From positions 1 through 33,038 of IMG/VR virus record IMGVR_UViG_3300027863_000112: a stretch of DNA of 33,038 nt. One strand, written 5' to 3'. Below, piece after piece: positions 1 through 8,048 of the stretch. Made by a program: the position numbers and the translations under genes. The notes under the pieces are model-generated. The model was not told the origin of the DNA. It saw nothing but the letters and a program-made list of their open reading frames with translations, and ran no database searches. This DNA is from a virus. Taxonomy: Duplodnaviria; Caudoviricetes. How positions within the stretch are numbered: the first letter of the stretch is position 1; every line of letters begins with the position of its first letter.

Positions 1-294
1 TATTTAGTAAGATAGCTTTTTAAAGCTATGCCCGCAAAAACACTATACACCCTCTCTAAAAGGTGATAATATGCATGACACGTGGAAGTATTGGTATGAA
101 GAGCATCCCACCGCCGAAGCACAACGGCGCTGGCTGCTTAGATTGCAGTGTGCTTTTTCTCCGTCATGCGCGCCTGTTGTGGTTTGTAAGGAGGTCAACA
201 CCGAAAGGCTGCGACTTCCTGAGGCGATTTTGACGTATCAATTGCCTGTTAATCACCGTGTGATTTTGAAAAACGAGATAGTGATTGAATACGA
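1..294 (+). repeat. Direct repeat copy 1 (promoter plus 5' end of primase gene)
   Basis: 1-126 is identical to 17660-17785. Near-identity with clustered mismatches continues to about 294/17953. Confidence 0.97.
12..29 (+). promoter_or_regulatory. TATA box (TTTTTAAA) embedded in a palindrome; primase promoter/operator (also at 17671-17688)
   Basis: ATAGCTTT-TT-AAAGCTAT is a perfect 8-bp inverted repeat. SD AGGTGA at 61-66, ATG at 71. Confidence 0.55.
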
Positions 295-805
295 CAGTGA
301 GGAGCAAGAAAAAAACAAAGAAGCAACGCATGAAGTTATAGCGTGGCTGCGGCGGCGCAAAATTCCCTACGTCGTCGGATGGAGTGGCAACAAATCTTAC
401 CACGTCCACGTTTGGATAGACGTTGCAAGCATCACGTTTTCTGCAGACACTGCGGAATGGATGAAGACGTTGGGGCTCACCGCAGCGGACTTTAGGAACT
501 ACGTCTATCAAAAGTTTTTCTATAAGCGCTTAAAAGATATTGAAACGAAGACAGGCGCGAAACTAGACGAGACGCTCCACAACCGCAACCACCTCATTCG
601 CGAGTTTGGGGGCGTGAATCAGAAAACAGGAAAGCGCAAAACATTTATAAATGATGAGTTGGAATTACCTCACCCATTGCAAGTTATTTATCCGCAAGGC
701 GTGGAGTTTTGGCACGTCCCGGAATGGCAAGAGGTGTTCTTCAAATTCCTAAGCACGATGGAGAAACAAAAGAAAAAAGAAACATTAGAGGGGTGGTTTG
801 CGTGA
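71..805 (+). CDS. Archaeo-eukaryotic primase (AEP) superfamily primase/polymerase
   Basis: Motif I IVIEYD (ExD variant), motif II SGNKSYHVH, motif III LDE followed by HLIREFG. Coupled to an SF3 helicase. Confidence 0.75.
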   Translation: MHDTWKYWYEEHPTAEAQRRWLLRLQCAFSPSCAPVVVCKEVNTERLRLPEAILTYQLPVNHRVILKNEIVIEYDSEEQEKNKEATHEVIAWLRRRKIPYVVGWSGNKSYHVHVWIDVASITFSADTAEWMKTLGLTAADFRNYVYQKFFYKRLKDIETKTGAKLDETLHNRNHLIREFGGVNQKTGKRKTFINDELELPHPLQVIYPQGVEFWHVPEWQEVFFKFLSTMEKQKKKETLEGWFA

Positions 806-2379
806 CGGAAAGCGCGAATAAGTTGTTTGACTACAACAGTTGGAAAGAAAAGAAAATGGAAGATGGCTTCTTCAAAAAATTTCACCAAAACGAGGAAATC
901 CTTAAAATAATGGAGCAGTCAATTTGGAACGCCATGCGCGCAAAAACGTTGACCCTTGAGGAATACGAAACGTTGAAGATGAACTTAATTCGCGTCCGTT
1001 TACCTTCTGCGCGGGACACGCTTTTTATATGCGTTATCCTTATAGACCTTCAACGCCAGGATTACTACCCCTACGCATTGCTTGACTATAAAGGCAGACC
1101 TTATGAATTAATGATTACACACTGGGATAGAGAAAAAGGAACTTTGGAGAATGTGGTTAATATCCACCAAAAGTTTTTAGAAATGGCTATTAAAAATATT
1201 ACATATTACAGAGGATGCTTAACGTACCCAAAAATCAAAGAATTACAAGAATACGCAGCGCAAATATGCGCACTGTGCGGTTTTGTACAGCAACAGAACC
1301 AAGGGCAGTTCGCTGTGAGAAACGGGACGGTGCTTGTAGGCGGCGGTGAACTTATTGTTAACCAACCCAACGAAGATACAATTTATTTTGATGCACCCAT
1401 CCCGAATAGAATTCCACGCGTGATATTACAAAACTTCCAACGAGACCCAAAACACCGCATAGAAAAAATTTTAAGCGACATCCTCGGCGAAGAAAAAGAG
1501 CGGTTTTTGATGGCGCTCGCGTCTTCGCTTATTTCTACGCAGAAATTAGCGCTATTTCTTGTAGGCTGCGGAGCAAACGGAAAAAGCGTATTATGTGAAA
1601 TGCTGCGCACGACATTTGGACGAGAGAACTGCGGAAGCGTTAGATTCTCCAACATCGCACATAATGACTATGCACTCCCAAACTTAGAAAATAAAATATT
1701 AAACATCGCATCGGAGGAAGGCACCGAACTTTTGAAGAGTCTAAGCACAGCAGATTTTAAAGGAATAACAGGCAACGATATTATAGAAGTGGAACAAAAA
1801 TACCAACCACGGCGCGAAGCGCAGATATACGCAACGCATATATTCGCTATGAATGAACTACCAGAAATAGAACTCAGCCAGGCGGTGCTTCGACGTATTG
1901 AAATCTTCCACTGCCCCCACATCTTCGTGCCCGCAGAGGAAGCGGACGGCGTAAAAACACTGCCCGAAAATAAAAACTTGCTTAATGAATTAACAAACGA
2001 AGATTATGATTACCTGGCGAATCTGATAATCCATAAAATGAAAGAAGTTAAAGACATTACAAAACTGCCAATCATGAATGAAGAGGCAAAACGGAAAAAA
2101 TATGAAGAACACACACCGACGGAAAGCATCGCTCGCTTCTTAGAAGAAACTTTTGAGCGCAGATTTAACGATTACGGCGAACCTGAGCCAGGCAAGAACA
2201 TCCCACGCAAGGAACTTTACGAACTTTATACCGCATGGTGCAAGAAAACGGGCGCTAGTATCTGCGGCAAAAAGAGAGTTTTTGAATATTTAGAAAAAGA
2301 AGAAGGGTTGGAAGTTAAGATTGTGCGCGGCATACCTTGTTTTGCAGGTTTGGATAAAAAGGATAGATTTGTGAAATAA
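802..2379 (+). CDS. SF3 (D5/P4-like) replicative helicase with C-terminal winged helix
   Basis: Walker A GCGANGKS, Walker B NIASEE, motif C IFAMNELP, Arg finger LRRI, C-terminal ELYELYTAWC. Start placed at GTG 802 (GTGA overlap with primase stop, SD GAGGGGTGG). Confidence 0.9.
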   Translation: MTESANKLFDYNSWKEKKMEDGFFKKFHQNEEILKIMEQSIWNAMRAKTLTLEEYETLKMNLIRVRLPSARDTLFICVILIDLQRQDYYPYALLDYKGRPYELMITHWDREKGTLENVVNIHQKFLEMAIKNITYYRGCLTYPKIKELQEYAAQICALCGFVQQQNQGQFAVRNGTVLVGGGELIVNQPNEDTIYFDAPIPNRIPRVILQNFQRDPKHRIEKILSDILGEEKERFLMALASSLISTQKLALFLVGCGANGKSVLCEMLRTTFGRENCGSVRFSNIAHNDYALPNLENKILNIASEEGTELLKSLSTADFKGITGNDIIEVEQKYQPRREAQIYATHIFAMNELPEIELSQAVLRRIEIFHCPHIFVPAEEADGVKTLPENKNLLNELTNEDYDYLANLIIHKMKEVKDITKLPIMNEEAKRKKYEEHTPTESIARFLEETFERRFNDYGEPEPGKNIPRKELYELYTAWCKKTGASICGKKRVFEYLEKEEGLEVKIVRGIPCFAGLDKKDRFVK

Positions 2380-2482
2380 ACGCAGCTTAATCTATATAAA
2401 AGGGTCTGCTGCGGACCTCCGCCGCCCTTCTTTTTTCCTTTTCCGACGCCTAACTTTTGCCCCTTCTTTTTGTTTTTTTGTT

Positions 2483-2720
2483 AAGGGGGTATATAAGAAG
2501 TAATACGTATATTAAAAGGGTGAAAAACACTTTGAACTTTTTGGAAAGTTTGTGAAGGTATATACATAGTATATGTGTCACACCCCAGTTTTGCGTATGG
2601 TGTTTTAACCATTCTTCACCCTATATCGATTTTTACGTCATAGCATTTAGGGTGTAAAATCATTTTTTTTACTTTTCACCCTCAGTTTTTTATTTTACAC
2701 CCCAAATATATACCCCCCTT
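2483..2720. repeat. Putative replication origin A with CACCC/GGGTG iterons
   Basis: AT-rich and non-coding. AGGGTGAAAA 2517, TCACACCCC 2578, TTCACCCT 2615, AGGGTGTAAAAT 2649, TTTTCACCCT 2673, ATTTTACACCCC 2692. Bracketed by inverted AAGGGGGTATATA (2483) and TATATACCCCCCTT (2707). Confidence 0.6.
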
Positions 2721-3019
2721 TTAAAAAACAACGAGCGGAAAACGAGCAGAGCGGGCGCTGCGGGGCAGAAAACGGGGAGGGAGGAAGGGAAGAGCGGGCG
2801 CGCAGCGTTTGCAGGTTTAAAGCCTGTTCCTGTGCGTTTTTTGGAGGGTTAGCGGTCAGGGCGCCTTGTTAGTGTGTTGTTCACTGCGCCCCCAAAAAAA
2901 GAGAAATAAAGAAAAACGCGCGCGTCATAGTGGCCTAAAAAGAAAGAAAGAGAAAAACGGAGCAGTATATACGTCGCAACATTTATAAATTTAATATCTG
3001 GTATATAAACATAACCTGA

Positions 3020-3035
3020 CCAAAAGATTTATATA
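3020..3035 (+). promoter_or_regulatory. BRE-TATA promoter
   Basis: CCAAAAGATTTATATA, conserved with 20999-21014. SD GAGGTGA before ATG 3069. Confidence 0.65.
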
Positions 3036-3068
3036 TATAATTGTATACAATAAACCTGAGGTGAATAT

Positions 3069-3329
3069 ATGCAAGAAGAACAGAAACAGAATATACAGGG
3101 CGTCGTGCAAAGTCCAGGCATCCGAAAATTTGAACCTGCGCCTCCTGACTTCATTGGGCGCACGGAGAAAGGCGAATACGTGGGCATGTGGGAGAGGATA
3201 ACACGACAGCGCCGCGCCTATTTTCGCGTCGCGGTTAAGCGCAGCGATGGCACAATTGAAAAATTCAACCTCTACATCAACGAGCGCGCAAAGGTCAAAC
3301 CTTCCCCAGATGTTGCTACGAGTCCCTGA
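3069..3329 (+). CDS. Small beta-rich protein, DUF736-like pattern, possible ssDNA-binding protein
   Basis: PDFIGRTEKGEYVGMWERIT...YFRVAV...FNLYIN. Clear homolog at 21051-21332. Function is inferred. Confidence 0.6.
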   Translation: MQEEQKQNIQGVVQSPGIRKFEPAPPDFIGRTEKGEYVGMWERITRQRRAYFRVAVKRSDGTIEKFNLYINERAKVKPSPDVATSP

Positions 3330-3339
3330 GGTGGTTGGA

Positions 3340-3738
3340 ATGCCTGTTCGGTTAGAAAAGAAATATACACCTGAGCAACAACAGCAGATTATCAACGAAT
3401 ACCAGGCTGGCGCAGTGTTAGTCGATTTGGCGGCGCGATATAAATACACCCCTGTAACCGTCCTTAACTTTCTCAAACGAAAAGGAGTGAAGACGTGGGG
3501 ACGTATTGAGCGCATACAAGGGAGGCGTTCACAACGCCAGGAATGGATTAAGCAGTTGCTACTCTCCAAAATTGCAACAGGCAATATATTTACGTTGAAA
3601 CAGATTTGTGCGGAGGTCGGGCTTTCTGAGGTCTGCGTCCGCGGGCATCTAAGAGATTTAGTCAGGAAAAAAGAAATAGACCAGGCTAAACTCCAGGTGT
3701 GTTGCAAGCGCCTGCGATTCCCTACGGATGGTTGTTGA
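3340..3738 (+). CDS. Tandem HTH DNA-binding protein
   Basis: Two HTH-like segments (LVDLAARYKYTPVTVLNFL; LKQICAEVGLSEVCVRGHL). Homolog at 21494-21973. Start reassigned to ATG 3340 (SD GAGGTGG). Confidence 0.75.
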   Translation: MPVRLEKKYTPEQQQQIINEYQAGAVLVDLAARYKYTPVTVLNFLKRKGVKTWGRIERIQGRRSQRQEWIKQLLLSKIATGNIFTLKQICAEVGLSEVCVRGHLRDLVRKKEIDQAKLQVCCKRLRFPTDGC

Positions 3739-3752
3739 GGAGGTGTCAGGAC

Positions 3753-3891
3753 ATGGCTGGATGTATAAGAATGCGGCGCCGCAGACGCCGAAATTATGCT
3801 CTGTGAGGAGTGTTACACGCGGCTTAAGCGCCGCCACCGTCTATTCCCATATGACCCTGGCGAGGAGGATGACTATGATGAAGACATTTAA
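3753..3891 (+). pseudogene. Frameshifted small CxxC-CxxC zinc-binding protein
   Basis: Removing one A at 3767/3768 gives MAGCIECGAADAEIMLCEECYTRLKRRHRLFPYDPGEEDDYDEDI. SD GAGGAGGTG upstream; stop overlaps the next gene. Confidence 0.5.
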
Positions 3892-4204
3892 CCGACGCCG
3901 CAGCGCTGCGCGTGGCAGCGAATACGAACGCCTTCGTATGCATTTTTACGTCGAGCAGGGCTACGGTGTCCTCCACCGCGCAACGCGCGCAAAATTCCAA
4001 CAAGTGGACTTAGCAGGCGTCTGGGACTTGTGGCTTGCTAAAGGTGGCAAGTGGCTATTCGTTCAGGTCACGACGCGCCCAAACGCAGCGAAACACCGCC
4101 GTGAGTGCGTAGTCTGGCTCGGGAAATACAGAAACCCATCATGTGAATATCGCCTAGATTACTATGACCCTAAAGCCGATGTTTGGCAATCCGAAGTCTT
4201 TTAA
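3875..4204 (+). CDS. PD-(D/E)xK nuclease, archaeal Holliday junction resolvase (Hjc)-like
   Basis: RGSEYER...QGYGVLHR...WDLWLAKGGKWLFVQVT. SD GAGGAGG at 3862-3868. Confidence 0.65.
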   Translation: MMKTFNRRRSAARGSEYERLRMHFYVEQGYGVLHRATRAKFQQVDLAGVWDLWLAKGGKWLFVQVTTRPNAAKHRRECVVWLGKYRNPSCEYRLDYYDPKADVWQSEVF

Positions 4205-4499
4205 CCTCCTCCTTTTCTTTTCTCTTCTTTTTTTTGTTTTGCTTATTATGTTCCTTGCTTCCTTGCTCTTCCCAGACGACCAAGTTTTAGAAACTCGCAA
4301 ATATCTATGCGATGCTAAAATAGTTTCGGCCGATGTCTGCGAAAGATGGGCGCGTGAAGCCGAATTTATGCGAATGCTGCAAGAATGCGGGAAAAAATGC
4401 GAAGGGATGCACGGGGTTGTTCTCTATCTATGCGCAGGCATTGACGGTGAATACCACTACACTAACACGACCTGCTTTGCTCCTCAAATCCAGCCATGA
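4164..4499 (+). CDS. Membrane-anchored Cys-rich hypothetical protein
   Basis: N-terminal hydrophobic helix LLLFFSLLFFVLLIMFLASLLF and six Cys. Start uncertain. Confidence 0.55.
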   Translation: MTLKPMFGNPKSFNLLLFFSLLFFVLLIMFLASLLFPDDQVLETRKYLCDAKIVSADVCERWAREAEFMRMLQECGKKCEGMHGVVLYLCAGIDGEYHYTNTTCFAPQIQP

Positions 4500-4675
4500 G
4501 CGTCCGAGCGGTTGCGTCTATATCCATAATAAGATTTACCATGTTTTGATTTTCTTTTCCCTGGCTCCATGGCGTGGCGTTTGAAGTCCAACAACTCGCA
4601 ACGCACGCCATGCTTGCAGACTACTTCAGTTTGGCGGTCAGAAGCACAGACTACCCTCGCGCCACCATGGCTCAT
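4484..4675 (-). CDS. Small basic protein, putative virion DNA-binding protein
   Basis: K/R-rich C-terminus KRHAMEPGKRKSKHGKSYYGYRRNRSD. Co-oriented downstream of the capsid candidate. ATG 4675 overlaps an upstream TAA. Confidence 0.5.
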   Translation of the reverse strand: MSHGGARVVCASDRQTEVVCKHGVRCELLDFKRHAMEPGKRKSKHGKSYYGYRRNRSDAHGWI

Positions 4676-4773
4676 TAATCCACCACGCACGTGGCGCGTT
4701 TTCTCTTCATTGTTTCACCTCTCTAAAAGAAAGAGAAAAGCGCAGGCATTGTTGCCTGCGCTCGTCTCATTCT

Positions 4774-5022
4774 TTATTCCTGCCTGCCAAAGCCCACTGA
4801 GAACGCGCTAATCACGACGGTCATAACTACCGACAGCGCTATGATGGTTCCAACGAGCCCGAGGTCGCTGCCCAGGTTAGTGAATGCCGAAGTGACGTTC
4901 CCGACGAACAGCCCAGCATCTCCTGTCAAGTTCAGGCTGTTAAGCACCTTCAGCATGACACCGCCGAAGATGCCTATCATGCCGAGAATATAGACGGCAG
5001 GCACCAAATCTCCAAGCTTCAT
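4774..5022 (-). CDS. Putative major capsid protein, spindle-shaped virus type (SSV1 VP1/His1-like hydrophobic hairpin)
   Basis: 82 aa with two long hydrophobic helices separated by a polar loop carrying NLT and NVT sequons, and a short charged tail GRQE. Strong SD AGGTGA and own divergent promoter. Confidence 0.6.
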   Translation of the reverse strand: MKLGDLVPAVYILGMIGIFGGVMLKVLNSLNLTGDAGLFVGNVTSAFTNLGSDLGLVGTIIALSVVMTVVISAFSVGFGRQE

Positions 5023-5069
5023 TTTATCACCTTGCCCCGACGAGGGACAAAAGGATTAAGATATATGCC

Positions 5070-5140
5070 TTTAAAAAACTATGTTAACAAGTAAAAAACT
5101 ATGTTAACAAGTTAACACGTCCGACCAAAAGCTTTAAATA
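5070..5140. promoter_or_regulatory. Divergent promoter region with tandem 20-bp repeat and palindromic operators
   Basis: TAAAAAACTATGTTAACAAG twice (5072-5091, 5092-5111). TGTTAACA at 5082 and 5102, GTTAAC at 5111. Minus-strand TATA at 5070-5077; plus-strand CCAAAAGCTTTAAATA at 5125-5140. Confidence 0.7.
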
Positions 5141-5162
5141 TACCATCTCCAAAATGCAAAGC

Positions 5163-8048
5163 ATGGCATGGGGTGACATCCCCGCCGTGCGCACGGGGCA
5201 AATGCCTGCGCGCACCGAAGGGACGGGTTGGGCATCTACTGGTTGGGCTTCTTACGTCGCAGGGGGAGGGGGTGGCAGCACAGGCACAGGCGGAGGGAGT
5301 AGTGGAAGGGGCGGAAGTTCAACGACAAGCCAGTCGACGCCGCCGCAGCAAACACAACCGCAGGGGCGCATCGTCGGCTACAATCCTGACAAGACACCGA
5401 TCTATGCGACAACTGAGACAGCGCAGACGCCAGCACCGACGCAACCGAGCGAAACGCCGAGCGCTTCTAATTTGTTTCATGGCGCTCCCATCTACATCAA
5501 TGGACAACGGGTATATCCTAACACACCGTCGTGGACTGCGCAAGGATATCAGAACGTCGGACTAGTTTACACTGAGCACGGCGTCCTACCGCCTGCAGCA
5601 GCTGGCTATTATCTCCAGCAGCAATACCGCAACGTCCAAGAAGTTGTGAACCCACAGAAGCAAGTCTACGAATTCCGAGGCACTGGTGAACTAATCGCCA
5701 CGCAATACGTCGCACCGTCGGGCGAACGTTCCCAGATGTTCGTGGCGCCAGGGTGGACTTACAATCCAGCGCAGGAGGCGTTTGTTAAGTATATCACGGT
5801 CGCAACGGAGCCACCCAAACCACAACAACCTCAGCAACCTCAATACACTAACGAGGCATTGCAGGCACGCATCGCACAAATCAACGAGGAACTGCAACCG
5901 CGGCAGTTCATCCCGTCGTGGAGCGATTTGGCGACGGGAGCGTTTAGGTTTGGTCTATTTGGTGGGTTTGAGCCGCAAACACCTGAGGCACGGCTGGAAC
6001 TTGGAAAGCATGTTTTAGCCGAACAAAACCGCATTATCTCGGTTGCACGTGGAGCGCTTCCACTCGTCCGTTCCTACGCCGAACCTGAGGAAGCCGCAAG
6101 GTTTGAGGCGTCCATCCAGGCATTGCAAAAAGAGAATACAAGGGCGGGCGTCCAACTTGCAGATTACGCCGCGAGCATCGGAGCATACCGCTATGCGCAG
6201 GCTCAAACTGTAGCACTTCCTAAAACGCCTTTTAACACTGCTTGGGAGGCGCTTGGGCACAAAGTCCCAGAGCGCTCCGTTGGGCTGGAAAAGATAGGCA
6301 CTCCTGAATTCGGAGAGGCTTTGATGTATTCCTGGGTCGGTGGGGCATATAATCTTGTTCATTCCGCCGTGGAGTTCGGCGTGGAAGTTGGGACACCGAT
6401 TCCGATTATTGCACGAGTTGCGCAAGGTAAAAACGTTGCAAGTTATCCTGTGGAAATGGCGCAAAAGTGGGGCGGGCAGGTAATCGCTGCTGCTCCTTAC
6501 GTTGCACTCGGCGCAACGGGCGCAGGCGCTGCGTTTTATATTCCTGCGTATTGGGCGGGAACGAAATTAGTAAGAGGAGGCGGGCTAACGGCGCAAGACC
6601 TCGGAGAAATCGGCACGGCTGGAACTTTGATATTCTACTCGGCGAAAGCCGCCGAATGGCACAGAGTGGAGCAACCGAGTTATACGCTGCGGTATAAACT
6701 TTGGGAGGCTCCAGAGCGTGGCATGATGGGTGGGACGTCCATCACGCTCACCGAATACCAGCGCAATCTCGGCATTCTCGGCGAGCAGCGCGCAGTTCAA
6801 GCACAAACTGACGTTTGGGCTGCGCAGGTTGGGAAGGGCGGGGTCTCCTCGTATTCGGTGGAGCCTGGCGTTTCTTACTTCCGAGGCCAGCAGATACCGA
6901 CGTATTCCGTGGGGCTTACAAGTCCAGAAATGACCTTACCAGCAAGACCAGGATATTTAAGCGAGGAGGGGCTGCTTGTTAAGCCGCTTCCAGAGATGCA
7001 AGGCGTTAGTCCTGTCGCTGCTGCGACGTTTTCAGAGCAGGGAGCAACGGCTGGCGTGGGACTCGCAAAAGTTTTTAAGCAAGGCGTCAGTCAGACAGGC
7101 ATCCCTTACGTCGATATCATGGGCAACATATACGCAGGTCCCGCAGTTGTTCAATCCGTCGGCGCTGGCGGGGTCTTTGTTGGCGTGGAGGAAGGCACGG
7201 GCGCTTTTCAGCCTTACTTTGTCCGTTTCTTCGACCTGACCGCAACGTCTAAACTTCCCTCTGTCGCTCCATCTGTGACCACCTCAACGTCTGGAGGCGT
7301 GGGCGTGATGGGAGGAGCGCCAACAGGTGCGACTACTCAAGCGCTCGCAGCCTCCACTACTCTTGCTCAAATGCCGCCATCCATCGCGCCATCTCAAATT
7401 ACGACGTTTATCGCGCCTCCGCTTGTTTCGCAGCAACAGACGGCAGTTAAAACGGTGCAGGCAAGCCCTCCAGCGCCAACTCAAACGCGGGTTATGCAGG
7501 TTCAAGCCCCCGCGCTCCAACTCCGCGAAACAGCACGAACGATAACTCAACCTTCGCAGGTTCAAATTCCACGCACGCAGCAGCTTGTCGTTCAAGTTCC
7601 TCGGCAGCAACAGCCAATGCTGCAGTTTTCAAAAGAGACCGAAATCCCTGCACAAATTACGGCACCGCGGCAGGTTCCGATATCCAAGCAGACGCAAATA
7701 CTACAGCCTACTGTGGCGTTGCAGCTGCGGGCTCAAATCCTGCAAAACGTAGAGTTAGGCGCGCCCAAAATCATGCCGCCGCCGTCTCTCAAGATATCCA
7801 CGCCGCCAATTCCACCGATTCCGCCGATTAAATCTTTATGGGGTGGTGGAGGTGAGGGCGCAGGGCTTCCACGTTTCAACGTGGCAAAAGGGAAGCCGCA
7901 ACCGAAACGCTATGCCCCAGACGTTCGCAGTTCGGAGTTTGGGTTTAAGATGCCTAAATTGAAAGCCGAGAAGGTGAGCAAAGCAACGGGCGCACTTGTT
8001 CGCCCCGTTCCAAAAGGTAAGAGAAAATGGAAAAGCGCAGTTATTTAA
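5163..8048 (+). CDS. Large low-complexity (G/S, Q/P/T-rich) protein, probable virion-associated protein
   Basis: About 960-aa open frame with Gly/Ser N-terminus, central weakly hydrophobic Gly/Ala helices, Q/P/T tail and basic C-terminus. ATG 5163 is about 23 nt after the TATA (leaderless). Confidence 0.7.
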   Translation: MAWGDIPAVRTGQMPARTEGTGWASTGWASYVAGGGGGSTGTGGGSSGRGGSSTTSQSTPPQQTQPQGRIVGYNPDKTPIYATTETAQTPAPTQPSETPSASNLFHGAPIYINGQRVYPNTPSWTAQGYQNVGLVYTEHGVLPPAAAGYYLQQQYRNVQEVVNPQKQVYEFRGTGELIATQYVAPSGERSQMFVAPGWTYNPAQEAFVKYITVATEPPKPQQPQQPQYTNEALQARIAQINEELQPRQFIPSWSDLATGAFRFGLFGGFEPQTPEARLELGKHVLAEQNRIISVARGALPLVRSYAEPEEAARFEASIQALQKENTRAGVQLADYAASIGAYRYAQAQTVALPKTPFNTAWEALGHKVPERSVGLEKIGTPEFGEALMYSWVGGAYNLVHSAVEFGVEVGTPIPIIARVAQGKNVASYPVEMAQKWGGQVIAAAPYVALGATGAGAAFYIPAYWAGTKLVRGGGLTAQDLGEIGTAGTLIFYSAKAAEWHRVEQPSYTLRYKLWEAPERGMMGGTSITLTEYQRNLGILGEQRAVQAQTDVWAAQVGKGGVSSYSVEPGVSYFRGQQIPTYSVGLTSPEMTLPARPGYLSEEGLLVKPLPEMQGVSPVAAATFSEQGATAGVGLAKVFKQGVSQTGIPYVDIMGNIYAGPAVVQSVGAGGVFVGVEEGTGAFQPYFVRFFDLTATSKLPSVAPSVTTSTSGGVGVMGGAPTGATTQALAASTTLAQMPPSIAPSQITTFIAPPLVSQQQTAVKTVQASPPAPTQTRVMQVQAPALQLRETARTITQPSQVQIPRTQQLVVQVPRQQQPMLQFSKETEIPAQITAPRQVPISKQTQILQPTVALQLRAQILQNVELGAPKIMPPPSLKISTPPIPPIPPIKSLWGGGGEGAGLPRFNVAKGKPQPKRYAPDVRSSEFGFKMPKLKAEKVSKATGALVRPVPKGKRKWKSAVI

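Noticed and set aside
709-801. Extended N-termini in the ORF track (also 3247, 3728, 8511, 13968, 15164, 21449, 28262)
   Set aside because: Better starts with SD or leaderless spacing and stop-start coupling lie downstream, and homolog lengths agree with the shorter forms.
2991-3707. 238-aa minus-strand ORF
   Set aside because: Antisense to two genes conserved in both units; the frame is not preserved as one ORF in unit B.
5072-5111. Possible mini-CRISPR or other array
   Set aside because: Two abutting 20-bp copies with no spacer and no cas genes. The origin repeats are also too short and irregularly spaced.
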